Part shown: piece after piece, positions 28,388 through 37,406 of the stretch
Layout: the number at the start of each line of letters is the position of its first letter
How positions within the stretch are numbered: position 1 is the first letter of the stretch
The notes under the pieces: model-generated
What the model was told of the DNA's origin: nothing
Database searches by the model: none
The model's input: only the letters and a program-made list of their open reading frames with translations
Program-made: the position numbers and the translations under genes
Virus record (IMG/VR): IMGVR_UViG_3300041411_000177
Coordinates: 16,477 to 80,476 of that record
DNA from: a virus
Taxonomy: Duplodnaviria > Caudoviricetes
Length of the DNA: 64,000 bases
Direction: 5' to 3' (one strand)

Positions 28388-29520
28388 TCATTCTCGGATA
28401 AAAACGCACCAACACTGGAATAGAACACAACCGTTTCATCAAGGGTCGCGGTATTCAATTTGAGTTCAATTTCACACAGCAGATTTTGCAGTTGCACCAG
28501 ACCTTTAATTCCGGTCTTGATTTTGTGCTGCTTTGCCAAAGCGTCGAACAGCTTGCCGTTATACGGGGCATATTTGTTCATGCCGGTGTGAATGCCGATT
28601 CGGTATTCGATCAGCCAGCGGGTTTTGTTCAACAGGCCACGCACACCGCCGCACACCTTGGCAGCTTGCACCATCTTGACGTAATCGCGCTGGAATACAG
28701 CAGCCAAGAAATGTGCAGAAGTTTCGTCCAAATCCGCTTCGATATCGACAAACGAACTGAGGTCGTTCGGATCGTATTTCTTGCCCGTAGCGAGGATAGA
28801 AAGAAAAATATCCAGCTTCGACACTGCTTCACGCATAGAGCCGTTACTGGATTCTGCAATCGTGGTCAACGCTTTCACCGCGTCTTTTTTGATCTTGTGG
28901 CCTTCCGCTTCAGCGATCACTTTCATGCGATCAACCAGCGTGCCGATTTCAATCTGCTTGAGTCGGAAATGCGTACAACGGCTGACCAAAGTTTTATGAA
29001 CAGCTTCCGGATTCGTGGTACACAAAATCCAGATTGTATTCGGTGCCGGGTTTTCAGTTGCGGTCAGTAGCGCCTTTTCAGACGGGCCACGCAGGGCGTG
29101 TACTTCGTCGAGGATAAATACGCGCTTACGGGTAGCCGGGGCGTTTTGTGCAGCAGCAATCAGATTTCGAATGCTGGCAATCGAACCATCAACCGCGCAG
29201 TCGTAGTAGGAAACGTCCGGGTGTTTCTTGAACTGGCAGCTGAAGCATTTGCCGCACAGGTTCAGTTTTTCGCAGTTTACTTGCCGACTGAAAATCAGCG
29301 CGAACGTGGTTTTACCACAACCGTATTGGCCGCTGAACATCAATGCAGCCGGAACCTTTTGACGTTTGAACATGCCTTCGATTGCGGTCAACGTGTGGTC
29401 TTGTCCAACCACGTCTTCCAGTTTGTGCGGGCGATATTCGTTCGCCAGTTGCGAAGTTTCCAGCGTCAGTTTCTCGCCTGAACTTTTCTTAACTTTTTTC
29501 ACTTTCTTTTCGGTTGCCAT
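28384..29520 (-). CDS. dnaX: DNA polymerase III gamma/tau-like clamp-loader AAA+ ATPase
   Basis: YRPHKLEDVVGQ, Walker A GQYGCGKTT, Zn module CEKLNLCGKCFSC, DEVH, CTTNP..SRC, GSMREA. Confidence 0.9.
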   Translation of the reverse strand: MATEKKVKKVKKSSGEKLTLETSQLANEYRPHKLEDVVGQDHTLTAIEGMFKRQKVPAALMFSGQYGCGKTTFALIFSRQVNCEKLNLCGKCFSCQFKKHPDVSYYDCAVDGSIASIRNLIAAAQNAPATRKRVFILDEVHALRGPSEKALLTATENPAPNTIWILCTTNPEAVHKTLVSRCTHFRLKQIEIGTLVDRMKVIAEAEGHKIKKDAVKALTTIAESSNGSMREAVSKLDIFLSILATGKKYDPNDLSSFVDIEADLDETSAHFLAAVFQRDYVKMVQAAKVCGGVRGLLNKTRWLIEYRIGIHTGMNKYAPYNGKLFDALAKQHKIKTGIKGLVQLQNLLCEIELKLNTATLDETVVFYSSVGAFLSENE

Positions 29521-29552
29521 GTCACGGCCTTCAGTCTGAGGGTATGGGTTAT

Positions 29553-29561
29553 ATTTACAGT
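29553..29561 (-). promoter_or_regulatory. ACTGTAAAT motif, putative promoter for the clamp-loader operon
   Basis: 33 nt upstream of ATG 29520. Confidence 0.65.
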
Positions 29562-29809
29562 ATCGTGGGCCGACGTGCTACATAGGTGCTAACGGCTTTC
29601 CGTGCTTCGTGTTCCGATGCCCCCGCATCAATTGCACGACGGAAAATCTCACGTTCCATTTTACGCTGACGCCGACTCTTCTTTTTCTTGGCTTTCTTCG
29701 TCTGCGTTGGCTTCGGCAAAGGCCGGTAGATAACCAACGTAAACACGCAGAACAAAACTACAGCGGCCACCGGCTGGAAAAGAATTTCAAACCATTGGTA
29801 GGCCGTCAT
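29555..29809 (-). CDS. Small membrane-anchored protein
   Basis: Hydrophobic segment ILFQPVAAVVLFCVFTLVIY followed by a basic tract. Confidence 0.65.
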   Translation of the reverse strand: MTAYQWFEILFQPVAAVVLFCVFTLVIYRPLPKPTQTKKAKKKKSRRQRKMEREIFRRAIDAGASEHEARKAVSTYVARRPTIL

Positions 29810-30060
29810 TCGTTTTTACCCACGGGATAATTCTTGAGCAACAACATAATGGGATCGGTTGCGCCCGTGTAATAGATCGGATAATCCCGACCGTTCGGCC
29901 CTTTCAAAACGTGGCGTTTGTAGACCCATGCGTTAACGGCGAGTGGATCGGGATCAGCAGTGAATTCATTGCGCACCAATACCTGCGGCGCATCCTCCAA
30001 CACTTCCCGCCACTCGCCATCCGCTGGCCCACCGAAGAACATCGCGTTTTCGGTATCCAT
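29806..30060 (-). CDS. Hypothetical protein
   Basis: 84 aa; FFGGPADGEW, a common small-phage-protein motif. Confidence 0.7.
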   Translation of the reverse strand: MDTENAMFFGGPADGEWREVLEDAPQVLVRNEFTADPDPLAVNAWVYKRHVLKGPNGRDYPIYYTGATDPIMLLLKNYPVGKNE

Positions 30061-30070
30061 TTATACAACC

Positions 30071-31318
30071 TTATTCGGCCATGGCCGCCTTGAGGGTTTT
30101 ATCCAGAAGTTTCTTCACAGTCTTCGGAATAGTTTTGCCAGTGAGGTCGAGTGCGAAGGCTTCAGCGAACATTTCCTGTACGTTGGTGCCTGCGTATTCG
30201 CCCATCAACGCCGTCACGGAATCCGTGTTGGAGAACGAAGCGGAAGTCGGCCAGATTTCAGCCAGCACTTTGCTGTTTTGGTTCAACAATACGTTCGCGT
30301 CTTCAGGCGACATTTTGTGAACTTTCTTCAGATACGAAAGTGCTTCTTTGAACAGGGCCAGTTCGTCTTCTTCGAGGTCGCGTTGGAATTCGCGAATGCT
30401 CATTTGAGAATTGACCAGCGACTGACACAGCGATTCCAAATCGGATTTCTTGGCCTTGGAAACTTTGGTCATTTGGTTGTACTGTTCCAGCCACAACGCA
30501 CGAATCTTTTCAGGCACGAAGCGATACCAGATGCCGTGGCCGATTTCGTGAACGAAAATGTATTGGTTGTAGATTTGGTCTTCCAGAATTTTCGGGAAGA
30601 GTTTAATCAGGTCAACCGCTTCGCCGGTTTTGAAGTTGACGCTGTAGGTGCCCGCCCACTTGCCTTTCGGATTGTGGACTTCGATACGGCTGATCGGGAA
30701 CACGTTGTCCAGACCGATATCAACGATTTTCTTGTGGGCTTTTTTCACACCGATACGGATTGCTTCTTTCTCGGCGTCGGATACTTTGCGGTAGAAGTGC
30801 ATCGGGCCGATTGGCGTGTCGATTTCACCAAGGTGCGGCATGATTTCCACACCGAAAACTTTACCCGGCTTTGGATCTTTGCCGAGGTTGGCGATCAGGG
30901 TATTGGCGTCGTACTCAATGGCGACAGGCTCATTGGTATTCAGCGTTTCTTCCAGATAGCCTGTGTTGCGTTTCGGGCTGTGCGCGAACACCAGTTTATT
31001 TTTCTTGCCGATTTGGACAATGATGTAATCGTCCTGCTCGACCGGCAGTTGCACACGGGTGATTTCCGTGGCCGCCACTTCGGTTTTCTTTTTCTTCTTC
31101 GGCTTGTCGTCGCCTGCGAGGGTGCCGGTAACGTCACGCCCCAAGTTTTTCATTTTCTTCGGCTTGAGGTCGAGGCCTGTGCTGGCGACCAGACCTTTCT
31201 TTTTCTTCTTTTTCTTGACCGGTGCATCGTCCTCAACAACGACTTTCTTTTTCTTCTTAACCGGTGCATCTTCTGCACTGGATTTCTTTTTCTTCTTTTT
31301 CTTCAGGTCATCACTCAT
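30071..31318 (-). CDS. Putative zinc metallopeptidase with poly-Lys N-terminal tail
   Basis: IFVHEIGHGIWY (HExxH) plus distal EYAGTNVQEMFAEAFA third-ligand motif (lethal-factor/zincin-like). Confidence 0.72.
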   Translation of the reverse strand: MSDDLKKKKKKKSSAEDAPVKKKKKVVVEDDAPVKKKKKKKGLVASTGLDLKPKKMKNLGRDVTGTLAGDDKPKKKKKTEVAATEITRVQLPVEQDDYIIVQIGKKNKLVFAHSPKRNTGYLEETLNTNEPVAIEYDANTLIANLGKDPKPGKVFGVEIMPHLGEIDTPIGPMHFYRKVSDAEKEAIRIGVKKAHKKIVDIGLDNVFPISRIEVHNPKGKWAGTYSVNFKTGEAVDLIKLFPKILEDQIYNQYIFVHEIGHGIWYRFVPEKIRALWLEQYNQMTKVSKAKKSDLESLCQSLVNSQMSIREFQRDLEEDELALFKEALSYLKKVHKMSPEDANVLLNQNSKVLAEIWPTSASFSNTDSVTALMGEYAGTNVQEMFAEAFALDLTGKTIPKTVKKLLDKTLKAAMAE

Positions 31319-31602
31319 GGGGTTTCTCCAGTAATTACAGGGTCGTAAGGCAGACCCGTTTTAGCGTGAAAGAATTTCGCGTTTGGATCGGGGTTATTCA
31401 GCAGTGGGTGACTGTAGAAAACATCACCGTCTTGAATAGGCCGGGAAACAATACCGCTCTCGAATTCCAGTGTGCGGGTTTCGATAATGGCGTGTGGATT
31501 ATTTTTCCACTCGGTTGTTTTCCAGCGTTCGCCTACGATCCAACCGCCTGCGAATTTTACAGGTTCGTTTTTCGCGTGATACGAATTCCGCCACACTTTC
31601 AT
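31315..31602 (-). CDS. Hypothetical protein, paralog of 31888..32211
   Basis: Shared KVWRNS, GGWI.G..WK, I.E.RT, AKFF.A.T..PYD. Confidence 0.75.
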   Translation of the reverse strand: MKVWRNSYHAKNEPVKFAGGWIVGERWKTTEWKNNPHAIIETRTLEFESGIVSRPIQDGDVFYSHPLLNNPDPNAKFFHAKTGLPYDPVITGETP

Positions 31603-31898
31603 GGCATAAGCCAGTGTTTAGGTTGGTGGATAGAGAACCATTTTTCGTCCCGCTCTTCACTCACGGAAAACAGCTGTGAGCCGTCTTCCATGTCCGTGAT
31701 GTTGATACGGTGGCCGAATAGATCGCTACTCAAAACTTCGTTGTGAGTTGGCACCACATCGAAAGGCTGCATGTTTTTATGCTTGAACATAAATTCAATG
31801 TCTTTCGAATCGGTATAGACCGCGACGGACTTGAAACCGTACTGCGTCAGGACGCCCGAATCAGCGTCAAGCAGTTTGATCAGAGGCTTAGTCGTCAT
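31599..31898 (-). CDS. Hypothetical protein
   Basis: Likely start MTTKPLIK (31898) with GAGG SD. Confidence 0.65.
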   Translation of the reverse strand: MTTKPLIKLLDADSGVLTQYGFKSVAVYTDSKDIEFMFKHKNMQPFDVVPTHNEVLSSDLFGHRINITDMEDGSQLFSVSEERDEKWFSIHQPKHWLMP

Positions 31899-32211
31899 CG
31901 CGTGCTTCCTCGGTGTAATTGACAGGGCCGTCGTAAGGTTCCTGCGTCGTCGCGTAAAAGAATTTCGCGCTTTCGTAGGATTTACGCAAAGACAATCGGT
32001 GCGCCTCGATATACACATTGCCATTTGCAAACGAGGCGCTGTGAAAAGCAGTACCCGGAATCGTGCGGCACTCTACAATCGTATCGCGTGAGGCCCACTG
32101 CTGTTTCTTCCAGCCGTCGCCCATAATCCAGCCACCGCTGAATGTAGGCTCTTTGCCGGGAGCCTGAAACGAATTGCGCCAGACCTTCACGCCGTTGAAT
32201 GGTTTGCTCAT
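31888..32211 (-). CDS. Hypothetical protein, paralog of 31315..31602
   Basis: See paralog. Confidence 0.75.
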   Translation of the reverse strand: MSKPFNGVKVWRNSFQAPGKEPTFSGGWIMGDGWKKQQWASRDTIVECRTIPGTAFHSASFANGNVYIEAHRLSLRKSYESAKFFYATTQEPYDGPVNYTEEARDDD

Positions 32212-32759
32212 GATTTCGGTTCCATGCTTGCGAAATCAGGATGGAATTCAAAAGCGAATTGCGTTGTACCGTTGTACTGGTATTCGCTGATCGTGCCGTA
32301 ATGCGCTTGGGCTGCGTGCGACGTGATCACATTCACATCGGGGTACGTGCGGAATTGAATTGCTTCGAATTCCTTGCACGTGATCATCAACCACGGACTA
32401 ACGCCGCCATCAGGTTCTGGACGCTTAACCAGATAAATCGTTTTGCGTTCTTTACCTTTCAGATGTTTGCGGTCACGATCCTGATCGGCGTGCTGCTTTG
32501 CAATCCAATGGCGCGGGTCGAATGCAGTGTCTTCCTGAATTTCGCACTGAATGCGCTGTGCCTGATAATGAGACGGATGCGAACCCGAAATGTAGGTCAG
32601 GATTTCGTTGTATTTCTTTTCGTCGATGGTTTCCCACGCGCCCCATCCGCTTTGGATTTGGACGTTGGAGAATTCCCGGCTACCGTTGCCGTAATAGACA
32701 TTGCTGTCCCATGTCCGGTAGCGGTACGAATAGAAAATTTCAGTCTTCTGTTTGGTCAT
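32208..32759 (-). CDS. Hypothetical protein
   Basis: 183 aa, overlap-coupled. Confidence 0.7.
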   Translation of the reverse strand: MTKQKTEIFYSYRYRTWDSNVYYGNGSREFSNVQIQSGWGAWETIDEKKYNEILTYISGSHPSHYQAQRIQCEIQEDTAFDPRHWIAKQHADQDRDRKHLKGKERKTIYLVKRPEPDGGVSPWLMITCKEFEAIQFRTYPDVNVITSHAAQAHYGTISEYQYNGTTQFAFEFHPDFASMEPKS

Positions 32760-33480
32760 TGTCCGAATCCGTGACAGGTGCGGTGGCGGTTGCCATCAAC
32801 AGGCCGAGGTCTTTCGTCAGCCAGCCATTTACGATTTGGTCATTTTCTACAATGCCCAAATATTTGAAACCGGCGTCGGCGTTGAATTGGAATTTGCCGC
32901 CAGCGATCATGGTTTCGTTAAAGCGTTTTACGGTCTTGCTCCACGTCTTGCCGTTCTGGCCGACATAATGCACCAGCAACGGATATTCATCGCGCTTGTC
33001 GTCGCGGGAACTTTCGTTGGTGAAACCATAAACGAGATACGAAATGTTATTTGTGTGGTGCGTGTAAATCCCGCACAACGCAGGCAGAGTTTCTTCGCCG
33101 GTCAACGACAGGTCAACGTAGCGGCGCAGGGTATCAGACAGTGCCGGATACATGTCCGTACCTTGTCTACCGATCAAATCTGGAAGTTCGATTGGCGTAT
33201 CAGTGACCGGAGGCTTATCAATGATCGACAGACTGCCCAATTCATGCGGATAAAACAGTTTGGTTTCGCCGGTTGCTACATGCACACCAACCATTACCGT
33301 ATCGTCGGCGGCAGTCACATTAAAGACTTCGCCACGATCCACGATTTGGTGCTGGTGTGGAATACACGAACGATAGCGCAATTGCCCGTTCTTCACGTGC
33401 GGTCGGTATACCGGGCCACTACTTCGCAGGGCCAGCAGCTGTTCGAGAAAATCGTTTACTTGGGATTCGGAATAATTCAC
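32740..33480 (-). CDS. Hypothetical protein with DUF1653-like (SH3-like) module
   Basis: GIYTHHTNNISYLV...LVHY..QNGKTWSKTVKRF resembles G.Y.H.KG..Y.V...VVY...G..W.RP..EF. Confidence 0.6.
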   Translation of the reverse strand: MNYSESQVNDFLEQLLALRSSGPVYRPHVKNGQLRYRSCIPHQHQIVDRGEVFNVTAADDTVMVGVHVATGETKLFYPHELGSLSIIDKPPVTDTPIELPDLIGRQGTDMYPALSDTLRRYVDLSLTGEETLPALCGIYTHHTNNISYLVYGFTNESSRDDKRDEYPLLVHYVGQNGKTWSKTVKRFNETMIAGGKFQFNADAGFKYLGIVENDQIVNGWLTKDLGLLMATATAPVTDSDNDQTED

Positions 33481-33483
33481 TTT

Positions 33484-34110
33484 TTACATACCTTGAATTT
33501 TGTTTTGCAGTAGAAGAACCATCGCGTATCCATGGGCCGCTACGTGCTGGCCGGAATCGCAGGTTCCACGATACGCGTTACTGATTACCACCACAGGGTC
33601 AAAGTCGAGCGGCAATTCTGCTGCTTCACAAATTCCCAAAAGTTTTTCGATTAATTCTGGCATTACCGTAATCGGCATGGGCCGCATCGGCGTTTGCAGC
33701 CGAAGTGTTGGGTCTTTCAAACTGATACGACCGCGCACGTCCGAGAATTGAACGTAAACGCGATCATTGGCAACCAGCACCCGGACTTTTTTCCAGATAT
33801 CGCTGGTGTCGCCGCTGATCATTACGGACTCGACGAAGTTATCGAAATTATTCCGCACGTAATTAATCAGCGTACTTTCGGTGTTTACCCGTTCCAGTTC
33901 TGCCACAAGTTCGGCACTGCATTTCGATTTGGTGCCACTTGGACGCCAGTATCCCAAACCGTTTGGAATCGTGTACGGGCGCTTTTCTTTAAAGCCGACG
34001 GCGGTGCCATTTTCGAAATAGTAGAGACTGTTATCGTGAAGGCAGAACCCATCGGCAATAGCGCGGCACGAATTTACAAACGGTCTATCAAAGATACTGA
34101 CCTCAAGCAT
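33484..34110 (-). CDS. Hypothetical protein
   Basis: 208 aa, AGGA SD. Confidence 0.7.
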   Translation of the reverse strand: MLEVSIFDRPFVNSCRAIADGFCLHDNSLYYFENGTAVGFKEKRPYTIPNGLGYWRPSGTKSKCSAELVAELERVNTESTLINYVRNNFDNFVESVMISGDTSDIWKKVRVLVANDRVYVQFSDVRGRISLKDPTLRLQTPMRPMPITVMPELIEKLLGICEAAELPLDFDPVVVISNAYRGTCDSGQHVAAHGYAMVLLLQNKIQGM

Positions 34111-34130
34111 ATGTTGTTCCTAGAAATGGT

Positions 34131-35126
34131 TTACTTCTTATTAGATTTTACAGTATTTGCCCCGGTCGATTTGGCAGGATCTTTCTTTAAAGCGGGTTTC
34201 CGTGTTTTCTTTTCGGGCGTGTAATAGAACGCAGTCAGCACGGCTGCGATTTCAGCACCAACCTTTTTGGTTGTGCATTTCTCGGCCAGCCCGTTGATCA
34301 TCACAGAATCCAACGCAGGCCGTACAGCGGCTTCCCGGTGACGCATTTGCATTACGCCCACTTCGATATAATGCAAAAGTTCAGGTACGCCATTGCGCTG
34401 GTGAAATTGAATATCACCGGGCGTGCAGGGGTTTTGGTAAACGATTTGGCGAGCCAGTTGCAGAGCTTCAACCGCTGCCAACACCACAGCCTGCGAACGC
34501 TCGGCCTTATTGAACAGGTCGAATTTGTTATAGATTTTCAGCAGGTTTATTTTGGATTCAACCCGATCTTGTTCTGTGTAGGCCCGCATGTTTTTAGCAT
34601 ATTCCATTTTCATGCGGTTGGTATTGCGCTGCATGACCGTGCCGTATTTAAGTGCCTTGAATTCGGTGCCACCACCGGCAATCGCTAGGCCGGAATCGCC
34701 TTTGGTATTATCGAGATAAAGCAGGATACCGAAATCATGTTTTGGCTCTTTGATTTTATGCTTAACCCACGTCCGGCTGTACCAGCGATCACCGTTCAAC
34801 ACGTACTCGGTGCCGTTGATGAAAGCCACTTGTGAATACAGGCCCCGCATAATATGGCGAATGGCGAGAAAATCCGGATACGATTTGATGGTGAATCGCT
34901 CAATGATTTCCTTTGCGATTTCAAAGCAGGGTTCAATATATTTATCGGGAATGTTCTTGGTGGTTTCTGGCAGCAGGTCATGCATTTTCCCTTTGCCGTC
35001 GGTGATCACCAGTAATTCCAGACACTGCATAATGAGCATGGAATGCAGGCCCATTAATTGGACGGCATCGCACAGCCCGCGTCTCGAATCGGACAGGCCG
35101 AATTCGGGTAGGTAAACGGTAGGCAT
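34131..35126 (-). CDS. Hypothetical protein
   Basis: 331 aa, AAGGA SD, basic C-terminal tail. Confidence 0.78.
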   Translation of the reverse strand: MPTVYLPEFGLSDSRRGLCDAVQLMGLHSMLIMQCLELLVITDGKGKMHDLLPETTKNIPDKYIEPCFEIAKEIIERFTIKSYPDFLAIRHIMRGLYSQVAFINGTEYVLNGDRWYSRTWVKHKIKEPKHDFGILLYLDNTKGDSGLAIAGGGTEFKALKYGTVMQRNTNRMKMEYAKNMRAYTEQDRVESKINLLKIYNKFDLFNKAERSQAVVLAAVEALQLARQIVYQNPCTPGDIQFHQRNGVPELLHYIEVGVMQMRHREAAVRPALDSVMINGLAEKCTTKKVGAEIAAVLTAFYYTPEKKTRKPALKKDPAKSTGANTVKSNKK

Positions 35127-35692
35127 TGGTATTCCTTTTAATCGAATGTTTCGGTTGGGTGGCCGGGCGGCTGGCCGGTGGGAAGGGGGGCTGCGGAATG
35201 GGGGATGGGCGCCTTCGGCGCAGTTATGGTTCCCATAACGAGCATTAGACCGAAGGCCTATTGTATTGTCGCAAGATCAATACAACGCAGGCAGAACTAT
35301 CCTTAAAAGTTCAATCATTCATGCAACGCTTCCTGCTCTGCTTTCGCTCGGGATGCTGGGTGAGGGGATTTGCCGGACGCTTTCTCATTCCGGGGAACCT
35401 TCGGTTCCCGCTCCTCACGCTTCGCGTTCGTCGCTATCGTTCGCTTCGCTCCCTGTTTGTCTTTCTCGCACGTTCAGTGCGATGCGACGTTCTGGTACTC
35501 AAGCAATTCCTTTCTCAGGCTCACTCTGTTCGCAATCGTTCCAAACGATAAATCGTTCTGTCTCTCAATTATTCCGCAACCACACTCATCCACCATTTAC
35601 AGTTTTGGGGTTGGTGATTTTTTGATCAATTCCCTGTACCCATTGGGCCAAACGCCGGGATACCATTCGAATCATTTGAATAAAAAGGCAAT
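35127..35692. other. Structured non-coding region (candidate replication origin or ncRNA leader)
   Basis: Longest gap in the window; at least 8 inverted repeats, a G-rich tract and TTCG/CGAA repeats; overlapping ORFs are unconvincing. Confidence 0.6.
35595..35604 (-). promoter_or_regulatory. AACTGTAAAT motif
   Basis: Exact copy with the CAAAACTGTAAAT extension, at the upstream end of the structured region. Confidence 0.6.
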
Positions 35693-35720
35693 AAAAAAGG
35701 GGAACCTTTCGGCTCCCCTT
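35693..35720 (-). terminator. Intrinsic terminator
   Basis: AAGGGGAGCC-GAAA-GGTTCCCCTT-TTTT on the minus strand, after the stop at 35740. Confidence 0.85.
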
Positions 35721-35739
35721 TGGGTGTAAATACGGCTAT

Positions 35740-36597
35740 TTAGAGGCTGGATGCGGTCAATTTGTCGTAAAGTTCAAGGATGTTTGCGTTGAAATCAAAC
35801 CCTTTCAAACCATGCAAACAAACTTTGCAATCAGGCCAATCATGTTCGGCACAATTGGTGGGCATTGCCATCATGCGCGGTGGAAGTGGGCACGGGTCAG
35901 CGCCCATTAGCAGACGTTCGCAAACCAGCTTTACAACCTTGACCATTTGTTCGCCGGTCAGCATGTAGTTTTCACCGGTTTGACCAGTGCTGATTTGCAC
36001 CGTTGCTTGTGGTTCTTCAACCACACCACAATCGACCACTGGGTTTGCAATGGGAGTTTCACACGGTTGAGCCAGCAATTCTGGTGGCGGTGGATTTGGA
36101 ATAACTTGTTGGAATGTGCCATTTTCTGGCACGCCTTCCATCATGGTATTTCCATTAACAGAAATGCGAATTTTCCGTGGGCCGTAAGTCTGAATGCAAA
36201 CCGATGTACCACCGTCACGCTGAAATGTGGTCACGTCTGCATAAGTCGGTTCCATGTTGGCGGGTGTGGATTCCGCTTCACCCGTGCCGTGCATGGCGTT
36301 CCACTCGCTACGGGTAATGTCGCCCATGGATGCAGTCGCCATGTGCATTTCGTTTGGAATAAAATCCGGGGCCGCTCGTTTCTTTTCCAGCGTGGCCGCC
36401 AGTTCGGGTTTCATCTGCTGCCACAAATTGCTGAATTCACGCGAGTTATGATTCTCGATGCAGTCCGCCAATTTATCCGCCGACGCTTTGGAAAACAGCG
36501 GCATGATCATTCGCAGCATCAGGCTACGCTTTTGCTTCAGCGTCTGCGCGTTGCGTGCCATCGTGATCATGTTGGAAGCAATGGTTAATTCTTTCAT
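35740..36597 (-). CDS. Hypothetical protein
   Basis: Start MKELTI (36597) with GGAGG SD; MATAS motif; C-terminal HDWPDCKVC. Confidence 0.78.
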   Translation of the reverse strand: MKELTIASNMITMARNAQTLKQKRSLMLRMIMPLFSKASADKLADCIENHNSREFSNLWQQMKPELAATLEKKRAAPDFIPNEMHMATASMGDITRSEWNAMHGTGEAESTPANMEPTYADVTTFQRDGGTSVCIQTYGPRKIRISVNGNTMMEGVPENGTFQQVIPNPPPPELLAQPCETPIANPVVDCGVVEEPQATVQISTGQTGENYMLTGEQMVKVVKLVCERLLMGADPCPLPPRMMAMPTNCAEHDWPDCKVCLHGLKGFDFNANILELYDKLTASSL

Positions 36598-37406
36598 TTG
36601 TCCTCCCACACAATAGGGCCGTGCAAGCCTTCATAAGTCCGGGTCGAATTCTCCAACGCAGTTTTCAAATCCGGGTGCAGTTCTTCACGGGTAACGCCCG
36701 ACAAACGAATAGAGCGAACCGACCGCCCACGAACCGAATACGCAGATTCTTTCACGTTGTTAATCCACAGCGTGCGGCCATCATGGCCTTCCGGGCCTTC
36801 GTTGAAATCAGCAGCACGCACAACCACATCGAACCAATTTGGTTCTGCATCTTTGGCCGTCTTTTTCTGTTTCACGGTACGCACCACAACAATTTCGTTT
36901 TCGTCAGTGTGCAGCACCTTTTCGACCGTGGAATCAATCCATTTGTTGGTCACGACGACGGCACCAACAGGATCTTTGTTTGCATCCATGAACATGTCGA
37001 GAATTGCCTGCATGTCTTCGATGGTTGGCGTCCAGTTATTGGAACCTGCTTTGACATGCAGAATGCGTTTCAGCGTGTTCAGCGTGTAACCGTCTTCGAA
37101 AACGTCTTGAGGGCTGAACGATTCGTGGCCGTTGGAATAGCGTACAAAATAACCGCCAGTGTGAACCGCGTTGCGTTCCATGTAATCGTCGCCAACCACC
37201 GCAACGAATTCGCCAGTCTTATCGACCAAAACATATTCGGTTTTGCATGCGGTCGGCATCGATTCCATCGTTCCACCTTCGCGGGGAATCATCATGTATT
37301 GCTGGGCCGGAATCGTGTCGCTGTGTGTGCCTTCCTGCTGCGCGGTGATGTGCGCGATTTGAAACGCTTCGACTTGTTTGTGGCAATTGTAGATTGGGAA
37401 ATTCAT
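36594..37406 (-). CDS. Modular hypothetical protein
   Basis: N-terminal YNCHKQVEA...GGYFVRYSNGHESFSPQDVFEDGY is a widespread phage module, followed by unrelated segments. Confidence 0.75.
   Translation of the reverse strand: MNFPIYNCHKQVEAFQIAHITAQQEGTHSDTIPAQQYMMIPREGGTMESMPTACKTEYVLVDKTGEFVAVVGDDYMERNAVHTGGYFVRYSNGHESFSPQDVFEDGYTLNTLKRILHVKAGSNNWTPTIEDMQAILDMFMDANKDPVGAVVVTNKWIDSTVEKVLHTDENEIVVVRTVKQKKTAKDAEPNWFDVVVRAADFNEGPEGHDGRTLWINNVKESAYSVRGRSVRSIRLSGVTREELHPDLKTALENSTRTYEGLHGPIVWEDK

Noticed and set aside
35261-35729. Three overlapping plus-strand ORFs in the 35.1-35.7 kb gap, and a 40-codon minus-strand ORF starting inside the motif
   Set aside because: Ser/Arg/Phe-rich, atypical codons, no SD, opposite to local transcription or too short; better explained as structured non-coding DNA
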